64,000 bases of DNA from Lama glama (Eukaryota), in the NCBI GenBank assembly GCA_028534125.1, contig CM052818.1, positions 11,162,001 through 11,226,000 of the forward strand, in the 5' to 3' direction. The notes below the pieces were generated by a model. The model did no database searches. It saw nothing but the letters and a program-made list of their open reading frames with translations, and was not told the origin of the DNA. The position numbers and the translations under genes are program-made. This document shows positions 49,150-62,828 of this stretch, piece by piece; position 1 is the first letter of the stretch, and each line of letters starts with the position of its first letter.

Positions 49150-49775
49150 AGCATAGTCCATCCGCAGGGAGATGGAGCTGGGCGGCGTTTGCACCGGCCC
49201 GGGAAGCAGCGCTGGGGCCCGGGAGCACAGTCCAGAGGGGAGGGCACGCTCTCTGCTCGGGCTCTCTCCCCGACCCAGGGAACGCTTTGCCCGGTGGGGA
49301 GGCGTACAGCCGGGGAAGGACCCGAGAGAAGCCTTCAGAAGCCTGCTCTCTCAGGCCTGTCTTGGAGCACTGCCCCCCTGGTCATTAACTGGAGCTTACT
49401 GGGCATTAACCGTGGAAATCAGCAGGCTGGGCTGAAAAATACGGCCGGCTGAGAAAGGGGACACAGCTAAAGTGATAAATAGAGTAGCTAAATGGTTAAA
49501 TAAGTAAGTAATCCACTCTCATGCGTCACAGCGCTCCACCGGGCTCCTCGTCTCAGTAAACGGCACCACCACACCCACCCGTGACCACGGGGGACCTGGA
49601 CCCACCCTAAATGTCTCCGACTCCCGTGCCGCCGTCGAGCGCCTCACGCCTTCCACGCCCCGGGCGCCTGGCCCGCCGGTTGCTGAGAGCGGCCCCGCCC
49701 CCTGGCGTGCAGACCCGGGTTGGGGGCGGGGGGGGGGGGGCGCCGGCGGCACAACGGCCACGCTAGGCCCTCGTT
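49150..49775. promoter_or_regulatory. Small CpG island-like region with a CTCF-like core and a G-tract
   Basis: Dense CpGs, especially 49520-49775; minus-strand tgcacgccagggggcgggg at 49693-49711; G-rich run at 49717-49740. Confidence 0.6.
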
Positions 49776-49914
49776 AGGAACTTCTTACGTGTTTTCTTTT
49801 GGGAGTGATGGCTCTTGAAGGAAAGATTCTTGTTGGGTAAGACAGGAGTGGAGAGGCCATTCTGAACCTATATGACCTTGTACAGGAACCTCTAAGAGGA
49901 AATAAAGGAGTCAA

Positions 49915-50058
49915 AGGAGGGGGTGTAGCTTTGTGGTAGAGCGCATGCCCAGCATGCGTGAGGTCCTGGGTTCGATCACCAGTACCTCCATTAAAGTAGA
50001 TAAATACATATATAAATGTAATTACCTCCCCTCTCCCCGCCAAAATTTTTTTTTAAAA
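49915..50058 (+). mobile_element. Camelid tRNA-derived SINE (Vic-1-like)
   Basis: gggggtgtagctttgtggtagagcgcatgcccagcatgcgtgaggtcctgggttcgatcaccagtacctcc...taattacctcccc; TSD-like aaaggagtca/aaaggcgtca. Confidence 0.9.
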
Positions 50059-51764
50059 AAAGGCGTCAGGCTTTCATTTCTTTCGCGTATTTTTAGAGTT
50101 GTTTATTCCTAACAGAAAACAGAACGTCACTCTTCAACGAGGGCACACCAGTCCGCTTCTGTAAGGGCACAAAGAAGCTACTTCGCGCGTCTGCCTTCGT
50201 TTCCGTGCTCTCTCCTGTCCCCCTCCAAACCCTTGACTGGCTGGCCTGTTGGGTTATCTTTGAGAATCTTTCACCGCCAGGAGTCGTTAAGAATCCCTTA
50301 CACAGCAGTGTCCATAGCTCAGGAAACAGCCCTGCACAAGCCGGGAGGAGCAGGCTTCTAACTTGGCTGCACGGAGAAATGAGAATCCGAGTGTGCTGTC
50401 AGTGTACCACTTGGGAGGTTCTAAGTCGGCCCTGACGTGTACTCAGCTGCCCAGCTCTCAGTACAGGTCTTGTGGGCAGCGTGGAACCTCAGCTGTTCAC
50501 ACCCATCCTCCAAAACTTCAAAGCACTTGGCCCAGACGAGCCAACGAAATCCGATGTAGATATGTATTTATTTTTATTTTATGTTCCTCATGTCCATGCA
50601 GTTGGAATACACTGTAAATTAGGTGGTACAGCGCTGTAGTTTGGTTAGCTGCAATGGTTCAGAAATGTAGCTTTAGTTTGTTATGAGATAATAGCTGCTT
50701 TGCCTTGTTGTGACAGTAGCGATAAAGTAAAGTTACTACAATGTAAAATGTGGTAGCCACCCCAAACCACAGAAGCACAGCCACAAATCAGAGGCAGCCC
50801 AACTCTGCGGACTTTATGCGCTGAAGTGACCACGGTCTCTGTCTCCAAGCATGATCCCTGTGAGAGCCAGCAGTCTTATGTGGGTCGTATTTGTTGAAGG
50901 TCAAATCATGTTGCCCCAAAGCATGGGGTAAAATTCTATTGGGACATAGAAAAAAATTTCATGCCATTTACATCACATAAAGAGAGACTTCTCTGAGCCC
51001 AAGCTGGTAGCCAGAGCTGCCTGGACAAGTATGAAGAACAAGTATAGTGACCAAGTTCTCAAGGAACCAGTTTCGTGAGAATAATGGCTGAGGAAGTGCT
51101 CTTCTGTACAGATGCCCGGGAGAAAGCCTGACATGAAGAGGAAGGCGTCACTTTTATGTCAGGCACTGGTCCTGCTCTGGGCCCTACCCAGGCACGCCCG
51201 CACCCAGTGAGGGATGCCATAGATGAAGGTTGAAGGTTTTTTTTAAGGAACTGTCAATGAAGGGGTTACCACACCAACCGGTTTAATGTCCTGGTGATAA
51301 AATGTGCCATGGAGTAGAGAAGGGACACGTTTTCACTGGGGGACGCCCAAGAGTGAGGACTGTAGGGGGCGTGACACCACCTTGCCTCCCGACAACTCCT
51401 GATAACTTCAGACGTCGCAGGAAGGAGGCAGGGCCCTCGGCATTGGCCTCCACTTTCTTATCACTCTTGGCTGCAGCCCCGATGGCAAAGCACCGTCGTC
51501 AGGGGCTTGAAGTTGGGCCAACATCAACAAGAAAAGTAAGAGAAAATTCATGAGCTCATGTGAAACGGCCCAGGGAAGTCAGTAAATACTGATGGGGGCA
51601 AGGAGGGAGGGACATACGTGTGCCTCTAGCAGAGTGTTTAGTTCCTGAGGTTAAGCAAATGCCGGAAGAATCTGGGCCATTTCTGTGAATGTAACCCTGT
51701 CTATAGCAGAAGTTAACAAAGCCAAGACAGCATGACTGACCGATGGCAAAGGCTTCAGCTTGAT

Positions 51765-51990
51765 ACTAACAGCTAAAATTATTGAGTATTTACTATGTGC
51801 TAGAGATTGCTTTATGCACTTTTTATGTATTATTTCATTTTTGCCGTAGCCCTATAAAATAACTCCCAAACCGTGAGCTCCATTTCTCAGATGAGAGATT
51901 TATAACACGTTCGTCCCACCCAGGGTCATAAACACTAGGTGGCCGGTCAGAGCTGGGAGCTAGACTCGTGCACTCTGACTGTCCAGCTGC
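51765..51990 (-). mobile_element. MIR
   Basis: aacagctaaaattattgagtatttactatgtgc...ccatttctcagatgag...cccagggtcata. Confidence 0.75.
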
Positions 51991-54290
51991 GCTCCTGCCT
52001 GTTACTGGTTCCTCCCTTATTCACACTATACCGAGGACCACTTTCTGTTTAGCGTTTCAGAGTGATGTTTCTCCACCAGGCACTTTTCCCTGGGCCCTGG
52101 AATACCTGCAAGCACATCTGTATCATTAAACCTGTGTAGACACATAACACCATGCAAAATATAGAGCAACGAGCACCTCTTCAGACACAACGCACATCAC
52201 AGGAAAACAACTTCCTGAGCCCACAGTGGAGTCAAATTCCTGTTAATTTGGTGGAAAAGGACACATGTTCTAAGAAACACTAATTAGGGCCCAGAGGGGA
52301 AAAAGAAAGTTACGTTTTGTGCACAGTGACCCATTGTGAAGCCACTCAGTTTTCTTAGAATTCCATTTTAACTCAGGCCCAATGGGTGCTCCCCAAGGGC
52401 CATGGAAACAGCTTCTGAGTGTTCAGATAGCTTGCACTTGAAAGGCGTGCAACCAGGTACATAAAATTCACGGGGCTGGAGAAGATGGCTCAACTTTGTT
52501 TATAGACTTTCTGATTTTTTTTTTTTCAGTTGGCTAAAAAGCTGACAGACTGTATTACAGCTAACATTCCCATATTGATTATACCATTTCTGAGGCTGGC
52601 CTTTCTGTGACAGGAGCAGCATAATTAGTTTTTTCCTTGTTAAATATTTGTAAATCATTCGTACTTTTATGGGGTACATAACCTGGCTGATACCCTTCAA
52701 ATAATCTTCTTGTTACTTGTTTAAACGAGAAATATCTCCTAGAGTGCAGTGTCACTTTTGTCCTTCAGCGAGACAACAGCATAAGGACTTCCTTGGCTTG
52801 CAGAATACAAAAGGGCGCCGGGCCTGGGTTATAGAAAGTAGGTCTGTAAGAGGCTTTAACCCGACAGACTGAAGACCATCCACGGATGCCTTTCACCCTG
52901 CTTACGCCACTGGGAAGCAGCTAGGCTGCGAGAAAAAAAAATTGTTTTTAATTTTTTTGCTTTTTGTTTACGTTTGTTTCTTTTAAGCTAGTGGGAGCCA
53001 CAAGTGTCAATTTCAGTCATTGAAAAGCACTGATTTGGGGTTCAGAGTAGAACAAATATGAATACGACCTATGATGACATCATCATATGGTGATCAGAAA
53101 TCGTGCATTTCAAGGGACAACTCTGAAATGTGACTTTTTCTTTATCGTGTCCATGGAGAATTGCTGCCTCAAAAAAGGCAGGGTAGACAGCCATCCAAAT
53201 ATTCCAGCTACCGTTACTAAAAGGCTCTGGGAAATCCTCTTTGGTTGTGGACGTCCCAGTCTAATAACACAGCCCTTTGAATAACATTAATGACCATAAA
53301 TCTTTTCTTTTTCTTTTAGTAGTTGGAGCGAATTTGCTTCTGATTAAAGAACAAAAGTCACTTGAATACAAATCTGATAAATGAGTCGCATTTTAAGAAA
53401 AACTGTGTATGTTGATATAACATACAGAAAATAGCAAGGTATAAATCTAAAGTAGGAGAAGGACTGTGTCTGGTGATTCATAAACAAGCCAAAGGTCTGT
53501 ACAAGAGCAGTGGCCCCGGAACAGGCACATACCCTGAGCGCCAGCTCCCTGTCTGGAGGTGGCAGAAACCCAGACAGAGCAATTCAAGTAAAAACTATAA
53601 GAAGACACAATAGTTCACAAAACCTTAGGTCAGGCAGTCAAGTTGGGCCCCATGAGAGAACACAGTCATAAATTAGGCAGCCACAAGAAAGGGAGATAGC
53701 TTGTTTCCTTTTCTGAGACCTCTGGATCCCATCAGTGCACGTCGTGGTGCCTCTTCTTCAATCTGTCTCTGCCGTTGGGCTGGCTACTTCTGCAAGAATG
53801 TAACTCAGAGAGCTAGCTGCGGCTAAGCTGAGACTAGCACGACCACCTGAGCGGAAGAGTGAAGCTGCTGGGTTTACCCGGGCATGCTGCGGGATGCAGG
53901 CAGACATCGTGCAGTAGAGAGCAGAGGAGGCTAGGTGTCTGTGCCTGGCCTGAGGGAATCGACAGACGTAAGCTCACTGGTTACTTGTGAGTACCCAAGA
54001 TGACTTACTCTCGAGCCAGAAGCTACTGTTTAAGTGTCTGTGAAGGAAAGACACATTTGGACTAGATTTTGAATGCTTTGCATCCAGATGATGGCTGCAG
54101 AGAAGCCAGTTCATCCGGGTGTCTGCCTGATAGGTAAAGACAAAATTTTAGATATCTCAATGGAGAAAAAAAACGAGCCATCATAAAAGTTGCTTTATGC
54201 CATCCAGTCCCCTCGATCTTTTTTGCATCACAGGGAAATCAATCTGTATCAATTATCACAGCTGCACTAAATGGTTTTCCCTGTGTGTGA

Positions 54291-54342
54291 ACACACACAC
54301 ACACACATGCACCAACACACACACACTCACACACACACACAA
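54291..54342. repeat. Imperfect (CA)n microsatellite
   Basis: Directly visible. Confidence 0.9.
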
Positions 54343-54463
54343 CACTAAGACAATACAACCTTATATTTATAGTAGTAAATATAATAATATAATATAAAAT
54401 ATAATAGTAATCCAAAAGTGTAAAAATTTTTATTTTATACAGTAACTGTATAAGACAGAGCAG

Positions 54464-54547
54464 TATTTGGTTGAAACATCTGAAATTGTTATTTTTGTTG
54501 GTCAAAAGCAGCCAAATATTGGCAATTTTGTGTCTTTTGACCTAATA
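54464..54547. mobile_element. MADE2-like mariner MITE
   Basis: tatttggttgaaacatctgaaattg...caattttgtgtcttttgacctaata: about 84-bp imperfect palindrome with TA ends, matching the remembered MADE2 consensus. Confidence 0.75.
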
Positions 54548-55996
54548 TTAGTGTAAACATTTAACACACAAGGCAACCCACTCATGTGGTGTTAAGCAAC
54601 CAGCTTGAGCTTTCCTGGTTCCCAAATGCTTGCGGTGGAGCCAGAATCCAAGTCTTGTGACCCTTATCTCAGTGTCATTTCCACCACAGCATTAGATACA
54701 AGGAAAAAGCAGATCCATATGTAATACAAACCAAACTGAAGCATCTTGTCTATGTTTGTTTTGTGATCAATTTACTGTAGACACAGAGAATGAGAAAAAC
54801 TTCAAGAAATCTGCTTTAAATGCTCTCCATTAATTTTCTGCAACCTTACGCATTTTTTTCCAAAGGAGCCAAGTGCAAGGAATCAAGTCATTTATGCTGT
54901 GAAAAGATTATATATTCAGGTTTTCAAATTAGTTATGAGTAAATTATTTTCACCTCTGCTGTTTAGGGTTCAGGGAGCTAAAAAAAGCAAAAAGAATGAT
55001 GTCTGAATAAATAAAAAAATAGAATTTCATGTTATGAAAACTATTTCTCTACACCTCTTCTTTTTTTCTTTTTGAAAGAAGTAAGTCAAAGCCTCTGAAT
55101 TTTGAGAAAGACAGAAACGTATCTTTTGTTTCTGATATAGTCTTCCTAAATAATATCTGAATTGGAATTCAAATCAATAAGCCAGTCTCTCTTCTGATTA
55201 TACTAATGTTTTTTTAAAATACAGATGTGTTTCAAATGAGTAAATCATATATAACTAGTTAGACTTTTTTTCTTTAATGCTACAGGGAATTCGAGCATAT
55301 TATTGTACATGCAACGTTTTCCCAAGATTTAGCAAATGACTATCAAACATGAAAATACAGGTTAACGACTCAAACTAAAAGAAATGTACATCATTAATTT
55401 AAATTCAATTAGCTGGCTGCATCCCAGCAAGCAGCACTAGTTAAGTGCCTCAAGTGCGTGGTGGGGATTCCACGGGTCCAGCGGGCCCCTGATCTCACTG
55501 AGCAGCTCAGCAGTTGTTTTGTTGCCCTGGAAGACAGATCCTTTCTCCCCACGCTGCACTCACAGCTTCGCAGGGCACGGGGAAGATGGCACTGATTTGT
55601 TTCCCCATGAATGCTTTTCTGAGAGGAGAGAGGCCTCTGTGCTTCAATATTTTCCCCTTGGACAGAGACTTGGGGCAGGGGGTTGAGGGGTGGGGACTCC
55701 GGTGTCATTTTACTGTTTTTATCTTTCTAGCTATTTGAGAAGATTCTTCTTCTACCTTCCAAGTTTAAATCAAAAAAAATTTTTTTTCCACACTATTACT
55801 CATTATTATTTCCAGATAAAAACAGATAATCCAAAAAATTCAGGATGGAAAGTAATCTCAAGAACTGTCTTCTGACTGCAGGTCTATTTCATCTGAAAAC
55901 TGGGGGATTCAGTCAGTAGGGGAGACTTTCTGGGAGAGAATCAGAAAAATATAGCTCCCTGTGTGCGCTCTTCCATACCACTGAGATTCCCCCTAA

Positions 55997-56073
55997 ACAC
56001 ACACACTCACACACACACTCACCCACCCACACACACACTCACACACACCCACACTCACACACACTGACACACA
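55997..56073. repeat. CA-rich compound microsatellite
   Basis: cacacacactcacacacacactcacccacccac... Confidence 0.9.
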
Positions 56074-56294
56074 TTTTATGTTATCGGTCCATGATTGTGT
56101 AAGGTTGTCCATGTTGAGTGAAAACAATGCATCTACAATAATCCTTTGTCAACACCTATATTCTTGGAATGACACCCTTCATTGATTATCTTTTTTATCT
56201 GTTATGATCCAATTTTCTCTTTCAATAAAGTCACTGCTTAGCCTTGATTTCACGGATGAGAAATGGAATATAAAAAGCCACAAATTAGTAGCTA

Positions 56295-56878
56295 GGTCAG
56301 GGGCAATTACTGCTTCATAGTAATAGCCCAACGCTACCAAAACCCCAAAACTCAGTGTCTTAGCACATTAAGCACTTACTGTTGCTCACAAATCTCCAGG
56401 TCAGCTACGTAGTTCTGGTCTCCGCTGGGCTTCCTCTTGTCAGCTGTGGGTCGGGTGGTCAGCTCTGCTGGTCAGGATGGAATTTTTCGTGTATGTAGGG
56501 GTCAGCTGAGGGCTGGTTGGTCTAGGATGACCCCACTATTTTGTCTGATGGTTGGCTGAGTTTTGACTAGGACAACAAAGGTGACTGGTCCATCACTAGC
56601 ATCCAGTAGGCTAGCCCATGCTCATTCACATGGTGATGACGGGGGTCCGAGAGAGTGAGTGGAGGTTCAAAGACTTTTGGAGATTTAGCCTCAATCTGGC
56701 ACACCATCACCTCCACTCGATTCTACCAGCAGGAGCAACTCACAGCATTAGACCTGATTCAAGGGTAGAGGAAAGAGACTTCCTGTTTCAATGGGAGAAG
56801 CCACAGCCACATTGCGAAGGGTGAGGATACAAGGAGGTGTGAACCTTTGTGGCCATTTAAAAAATCATTATATCACAA
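56295..56878 (-). mobile_element. MLT1-type solo LTR
   Basis: ccccaaaactcagtgtctta...ggctggttggtctaggatgacc...aggctagcccatgctcattcacatggtg...tggcacaccatcacctccac. Confidence 0.8.
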
Positions 56879-58105
56879 TGGCTTATACAAGGGTGTTTCC
56901 AGAATATGCTCCATGAAACACTGGTCCCAATGGCTATTAGTTAGTGGTTTGCAACACAAGATACACACACACATATATAAAGGGGGTAGGGTGGATTTCC
57001 ATGGCCAAATACAATTGGAAAAGTGCATTAATCTGCGATGCCTAGAAATGAGCTTACAGGGATAGTGGCTCCAACTCTTTCTGCAACTCCCCAGGGGTTC
57101 AGAAACTCCTTCTTCTCCCAGCAGCAGGGGTTGCCCTGAGGTACCATTTCCCAAAGGCTCCTCGAATCTCCAGATACCAGGCAACTAAAATTTCCAGCAA
57201 TCCCCCAATGGCTGATGTCCAAGTTCACACGGCTGGATGTCTAGGCCCAGCTCTCCTCATTGAAGGCTCTTCTGATGCTTCCCTCATACAAAGGGAGAGC
57301 AACAGGGTGGCAGATTCCTTTACAGGAAGACAGCCCCGCTGCATATCCAGCTGTGACTGGCCCCAGCCTTCAGCTCTCACATCTTCACAGGGCTCTGCAA
57401 GAACAGGGCCACACACCTGCTGAGATCCAGCACCCAGCGACATTTGCTGGTGTTTGCACACAGGTCGGTGCATGAGCGGGTCAAACACAAATTCGCAGGA
57501 TTCTCTGATTCTTTACTGTAGAACCTGGTGCCTTTGGTGACTGACTCTCCAATCGACAGAGTATACAATGTCCCAAGCTGTTTTGACCATGGAAACTTTG
57601 TTCGAGGAGCATCTTGCAGAATTGGTGTTATACAGAATGCACGTTAGGGAATCATGTCTCACCTAAAAGATATAGTTCAGTAAAATAAATAACATCAACA
57701 ATGCAAATTCATAAAAATGCTCGTTGTTTATTTTCTCATGTATGCATATTCGACTTTCAGTCCCTACAGACGAATTTCTGACAGCCAAAATAAGCAACTA
57801 CACAGAAGCGACTGGAAAAGAATAACTAAGTTGAAGTTAAAAAAGGACAAGACCAAGAAGGAAAAAGTTACGGCTGTCAGGTAAAATGGCCCAGTGCCTG
57901 TTTCATGTTAGGCACCCCACAAAAAGTGCATTGAGGCAGAATCTGAACACGAAATTAAATTTGCATGAGTAAACAAAGAAAAGTAATAATGCATTATTCA
58001 CTCAGCGAATCTTACTTATGCCTCTACTATGTGTCAGTCACTGAGTTACTGAGGACATACAATGAAGAAAACAGAGCCCTTATCCTCAAAAGGCTTACAC
58101 TCCAG

Positions 58106-58332
58106 AGCAGGTGTCATCCGAGCAGCGCCCACAAGCCAACTCCTGCTGGCCACCTGTTCTGGCAAATAGAGCTTAGTAAAGCCCAGCCATGCTCACTGGT
58201 TTCTGCGTGGTCGATGGCCACTTCACTGCTCCAAAGCCAGGATAGTGTGCTTGCTACAAAGACTGTATGGTTTCAAGCCTAAAATATCTACTATCTCATC
58301 TTTTCCACACACCCAAAAATGTGCTGACTGCT
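58106..58332 (-). mobile_element. MER58-like hAT MITE
   Basis: cccacaagccaac...cagccatgctcact...aagcctaaaatatctactatct...tgtgctgac. Confidence 0.75.
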
Positions 58333-60179
58333 CATAGACTCTTGGTCCATCTCTGACTGCCCCAGTTCCTTATTCTTTCTCTTAGAAAATGCTTTTTCTT
58401 CCCCTTATGGTTTCCATGACTTCTTCCACAGGAGTGGCTCTGTAATCTCTATCCCCAGTCACAGGCACTGGGGGTGTGTCTGGAATTTCTCAGTCCGTCC
58501 TCTGAGACCCTGTGCCTCCTCTGCACATCACTCTGTCCGGGTCAGAGTTGCCCCGCAGATCAGAGAGAAACACGAAATGTGACCATTCAGATTCAAGGTG
58601 CTGATAGAATACTTCAGTATTCTTCTAATACTACCTTCATCTACTTTGGAAATTCTCAAAATGCTTCACTGCAAGTAGTTTCTTTACTTTAATATACCTG
58701 GGGAAATTGAAAAAAAAAATCATTGCTACTCGCACTGTCCACGTGTGAAAGCAGATAGGAGGCAGTTAAGGGATTCACAGAAGGGCTTGTTTCTCTGAAG
58801 GTGAAAGTTCCTCCTAAGCCTGAGCCACGAGGCTGCTCCATCAGCATTTCCCATGCGAGATCTAGACTTGCACTGAACTGGTCTTCCATGAATTTCCTCC
58901 TGCAGGCCCTAATTTCAATCTCGTTCTTCCCTGTCCCCATATGGTGCATGGCGAGAGGCGCTGGCTATACGCAGCACTATTATTATTCGGTGAAAAAATA
59001 ATGGTGCAGAAGTCAGTGTTACTTTCCCCCCAGAACTGCCCCGGAGGGTCGCTGCCCGGGTGTCTCCCTGCGCCTCCATCGTGGTCCACTTCCTTGCTCC
59101 TTCTGTGCCCTCTGCTGAGGCTGTTTCTGTCCTTGTGTAAAGGTGACAGGGGTAAATGCAGGCAGCTCTGGACTGAGTGGAAAGTCTCTGAGTCTGCTCT
59201 TTGTCTTCAACAAAAGCACTTCCTAGAGGAAAAGGTGACTTCTCTCTCCTAGTTCTGAAAAGCAAATTTCCAGGAATGTGGAGACTTTGGGAGTAGAAGA
59301 GATTTTCATAAAAGAAATAAAAGCAGGCCGATTTTTCCTCCCAGGGCGGCTGGAGCTCAGCTGCCGTGTAGCTCTGAAACTCCGCTCACTCACTCTGTCC
59401 TCCATGTATTGTATTTCAATAAAAACTTAATAAACAGAATATTAAAGATTTGAAGAATTATACAAAGTATTCAATTTCTAACCCTGCCATTTATTTTATT
59501 TTTATGAGATATCAGGACCAGTTTAATAAGTATAATAAACATAAACTCTGACATTTATAACACTATTCACCAGATTAATACCAGATAATATTTTCTAGAA
59601 GTGCCATTTTAATAGGAATAAATGGATAAACAGATATGTCTCAGACTTACTCTACCAAGATTGCAGAAGCTCAATTTTTGAAAGCAAATTAAGGGCCAAA
59701 ATCAATATTTTCCCCATTAATTCCACATTCACTGAAAGAGTTTTACTAGCAGAAGACAGCAAAAAAATGCCCGTATTGGGCCAGCCAATGCTGCCTTTGA
59801 TGCATATTAAAAAGCGAGTTCTTCCCACTCTATGAGTCTTAACCAATGGCTCTGGGCTCGCTCCTGTAGGTCTCTCTACCCCTAGCACGTGAGCATAAGC
59901 ACAGTTCATGGTTAACAGCATTAGATTCATCTGGGACAGGGTACAGTATGATGTATTTTATTATTAATTTCTAATTTATCACTTCCCACTGTCCTCTTTC
60001 TTCATATCTCCTGGTTAAGCTCTTCCAAGATGTTGATGACTTCAAAGAAGACCCAAAGACATAAAAATCAAGAGAAACGGGCCCTTCTTAGACCCTAAAG
60101 AAGAGTCAAGAGGTTAGTATCCAGGAAATTGACCCACTTTAGGTAACGGCCACATGTTGTCACACTGCAGAGAATGCGC

Positions 60180-60940
60180 AGTTCAACACCTTGTAAATTA
60201 CTCAGGATATAAATATTAAAAAAAAACCTTAGTATTATCGATGAATAATCCCCAAACCATGGTAAGATACCAAATTAACACATAAAATTTCAAACATAAA
60301 TTAAAAACTTTGATCGATATCAGGTGTTGACGAGGGTATGTGGAAACAGGGATTCCTCTACAACACTGGTAGGAGTTAAAATTGTGATGGAAACTTTGGA
60401 GATCAGTTTTGCAGCACTGGTCATAATTTAAAATACACATATGCTCCAGCACAGCAAATCCATTTTTCACCACCTAATTTAGAGAAACTTTGGTACATGA
60501 TCACAAGGAGTCACATGCATGGATGTTCGCTGCGGCACTATTTGCGATAGCTGAAGCCTGAATCAGCCTAATTGTCTACTAGTAGACTTTGACAGAATGT
60601 GGTACAACAACTGTGAACTATGATATGTTTCATACATTTTAATATGGAAAGATCTAGAAGATTTGCTCTTCAGTGAAAAAGCAAGTTGCACATTGTACAT
60701 TTAGTATGATGCTACTTATGTAAACATACACACGTCATGCATATGCACATGTTAAGCTATGCTCTCTGTTTTGTACTGGTATTTATGTATTTATATAAAT
60801 AACAGAAAATAGTTTGATATTCTCACCAAATTGATAACAGACCTTCTCTTGTTTTGATAAGGGGAGAAAGAAACTAAGACTCTTTAAAAGGAGGATGTAT
60901 TTGTGTAATATTTTCTTGTTTAAAAAATAAATATTATATG
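60180..60940 (+). mobile_element. Old L1ME-type 3' end
   Basis: caggtgttgacgagggtatgtggaaacaggg...cacagcaaatcc...ggatgttcgctgcggcactatttgcgatagc. Confidence 0.75.
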
Positions 60941-61071
60941 TATATATACATATATACACACACACTGCAATTCTGGCAAGTGGATAAATATTCAGAGTGT
61001 GGTGATGGGAAAAGTAGTATTAACTAAGCAGCTATTATGTGGTAGGTATTCTATAAATTAAAATATGCTAC

Positions 61072-61555
61072 TGTGATAGGCAGAATTATAAGTGGCCCCC
61101 ATGACTCCTCACCCTTGGTGTACACACACAAACAGTAACATAGGTACTGCTGAGAAGGGATTTTCCAGATGTGATTAAAGACCCAAATCAATTAACCTTA
61201 AGATACGGAGATTATCTGGGTGACTCTGAACTAATCACATCAATCCTTTGAAAGTAGAGTGTTTGTTCTGATTGGTCACAGAAGAGGAAATCCGAGATTC
61301 AAAACACAGGAAGACTGCAATGCACTGTTGCTGGCTTAGAGATGGAAGGGGCCACATGGCAAAGAATTCAGGTGGCCTCTAGGAGCTAAGAGTGGCCAGC
61401 AAGGACAAGGGGCATCTCGGTCTTACAAACTCAAGGAAATTGATTCTCCCAACAACAAGCTTGGAGGAGGACCTTTAATCCCAAATGATAACTGACACCT
61501 TGATTTCAGCTCAGTGAGACCCTAAGTAGAGAATCCAGCCAGGGCAAGCCTGTTT
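61072..61555 (+). mobile_element. MLT1 (D/E-like) solo LTR
   Basis: tgtgataggcagaatt...gggattttccagatgtgattaa...ggagattatctgggtg...gatggaaggggccacatggcaaagaa...gtgagaccctaagtagagaatccagc. Confidence 0.85.
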
Positions 61556-61600
61556 TTTTTGTTTTTGATTTTGTTTTTGTTTTGTTTTTGTTTTTGTTTT
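61552..61600. repeat. (GTTTT/GTTTTT)n simple repeat
   Basis: Directly visible. Confidence 0.9.
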
Positions 61601-61929
61601 GCCGTATAAGATAACTCACAGGATCCATGGAATAAGACATGGGTGTCTGGGCGGAGGTACATTTTTCAGCTGACCGCAAATGCTTATTGAACATTGATAC
61701 TATACAAAACAGATTATCATCCTCACCTTAACTGAAGCAAAATCTCTGCAGGGCTTTGGAGAAAATAAAACTCACTCCCACTTGAGAATAATACAAGTTG
61801 TCAAAGAAAGGGAAGTGTAGACTCTGCTCTACGAATAGGCATGGATTTAAAGGCAGGAGCAGAATAGAGGGAAATTCCTAACTAGTGGAAGATTTGGACG
61901 GAAGCTATAGAAGGGATAAGCTTGGCGGG

Positions 61930-62150
61930 TAGCATTGGGTTAGAACCTTGGGTTCTAAAACCAGAGATACCTGAGTTTGAATCCTCACTTTGCCTTTTTC
62001 CAGCTGTGTGTCTTTGATCTCCTTGTCTCTCAAATTTTTCATATTCATAATGAGTGTACTAGCATCTGACTCACAGAGGTTTGGTTTTGTTACAACGTTT
62101 AAGGTAGAACTTAGAGCGATATTTGCATATGGTAAAGTATAAGTTGTTAT
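61930..62150 (+). mobile_element. MIR
   Basis: gggttctaaaaccagagatacctgagtttgaatcctcactttgcc...cagctgtgtg. Confidence 0.7.
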
Positions 62151-62399
62151 TGTCCCTCCTAAATGTCTAATATTTCCTTATTGCTTATGTTTATTGATTC
62201 ATTGCCTCAAACCCTTTGAGAAGTAGGTAGAGGTGCAAGACTTACATGAGTTACTGGGAGGGACTAAAGTTTCTGAAATGAATCATTTTTCTCTTCTATT
62301 TGCAGTCCAAGCCCTGTAGAGCCCTAAGATAACATTGTAATGATAAAACTCCACTATGGTATTTTTAGCTGTAGACACTTCCAGTAAGGAGGGGTAAGC

Positions 62400-62513
62400 A
62401 TTGTAGATGTGTTTAAGTTAAGGGTCTTTATGAGATGGGGAGATTACCCTGGATTATCCAGGTGAACCCTAAAGGTAATCACATTTTCTTGTAAGAAGGA
62501 GGCAGAGGGAGAT

Positions 62514-62555
<42 letters not shown>

Positions 62556-62828
62556 TAAGTGGAGAAATCAGTGTGACAATGGAGGTAGAAATCAGAGTGA
62601 TGCAGCCACAAGCCAAGGAATACTGGCGAGCTCAAGAAGCTGAAATAGGCAAGGGACAGAGATCTCCTAGAGTCTACAGGGGAGCATAGCCCTGCTGACA
62701 CGTGATTTAGGTCCAGTAACATAGATTATGGATTTCTGGCCTCCAGAACTATGAGGCAGTAGATTAATGTTCCTTTAACCCCTTCAGACTGGGCTTATTT
62801 TTTTCAGCACCTGGAGGAAACTAATACA
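62400..62828 (+). mobile_element. MLT1 (B/C/D-like) solo LTR with internal (CA)n (about 62521-62552)
   Basis: gagatggggagattaccctggattatccaggtgaaccct...gtgatgcagccacaagccaaggaa...ttctggcctccagaact...ggaaactaataca. Confidence 0.88.

Noticed and set aside
62571..62585. gtgtgacaatgg resembling miR-122
   Set aside because: Only a partial match inside an MLT1 LTR, with no hairpin context.
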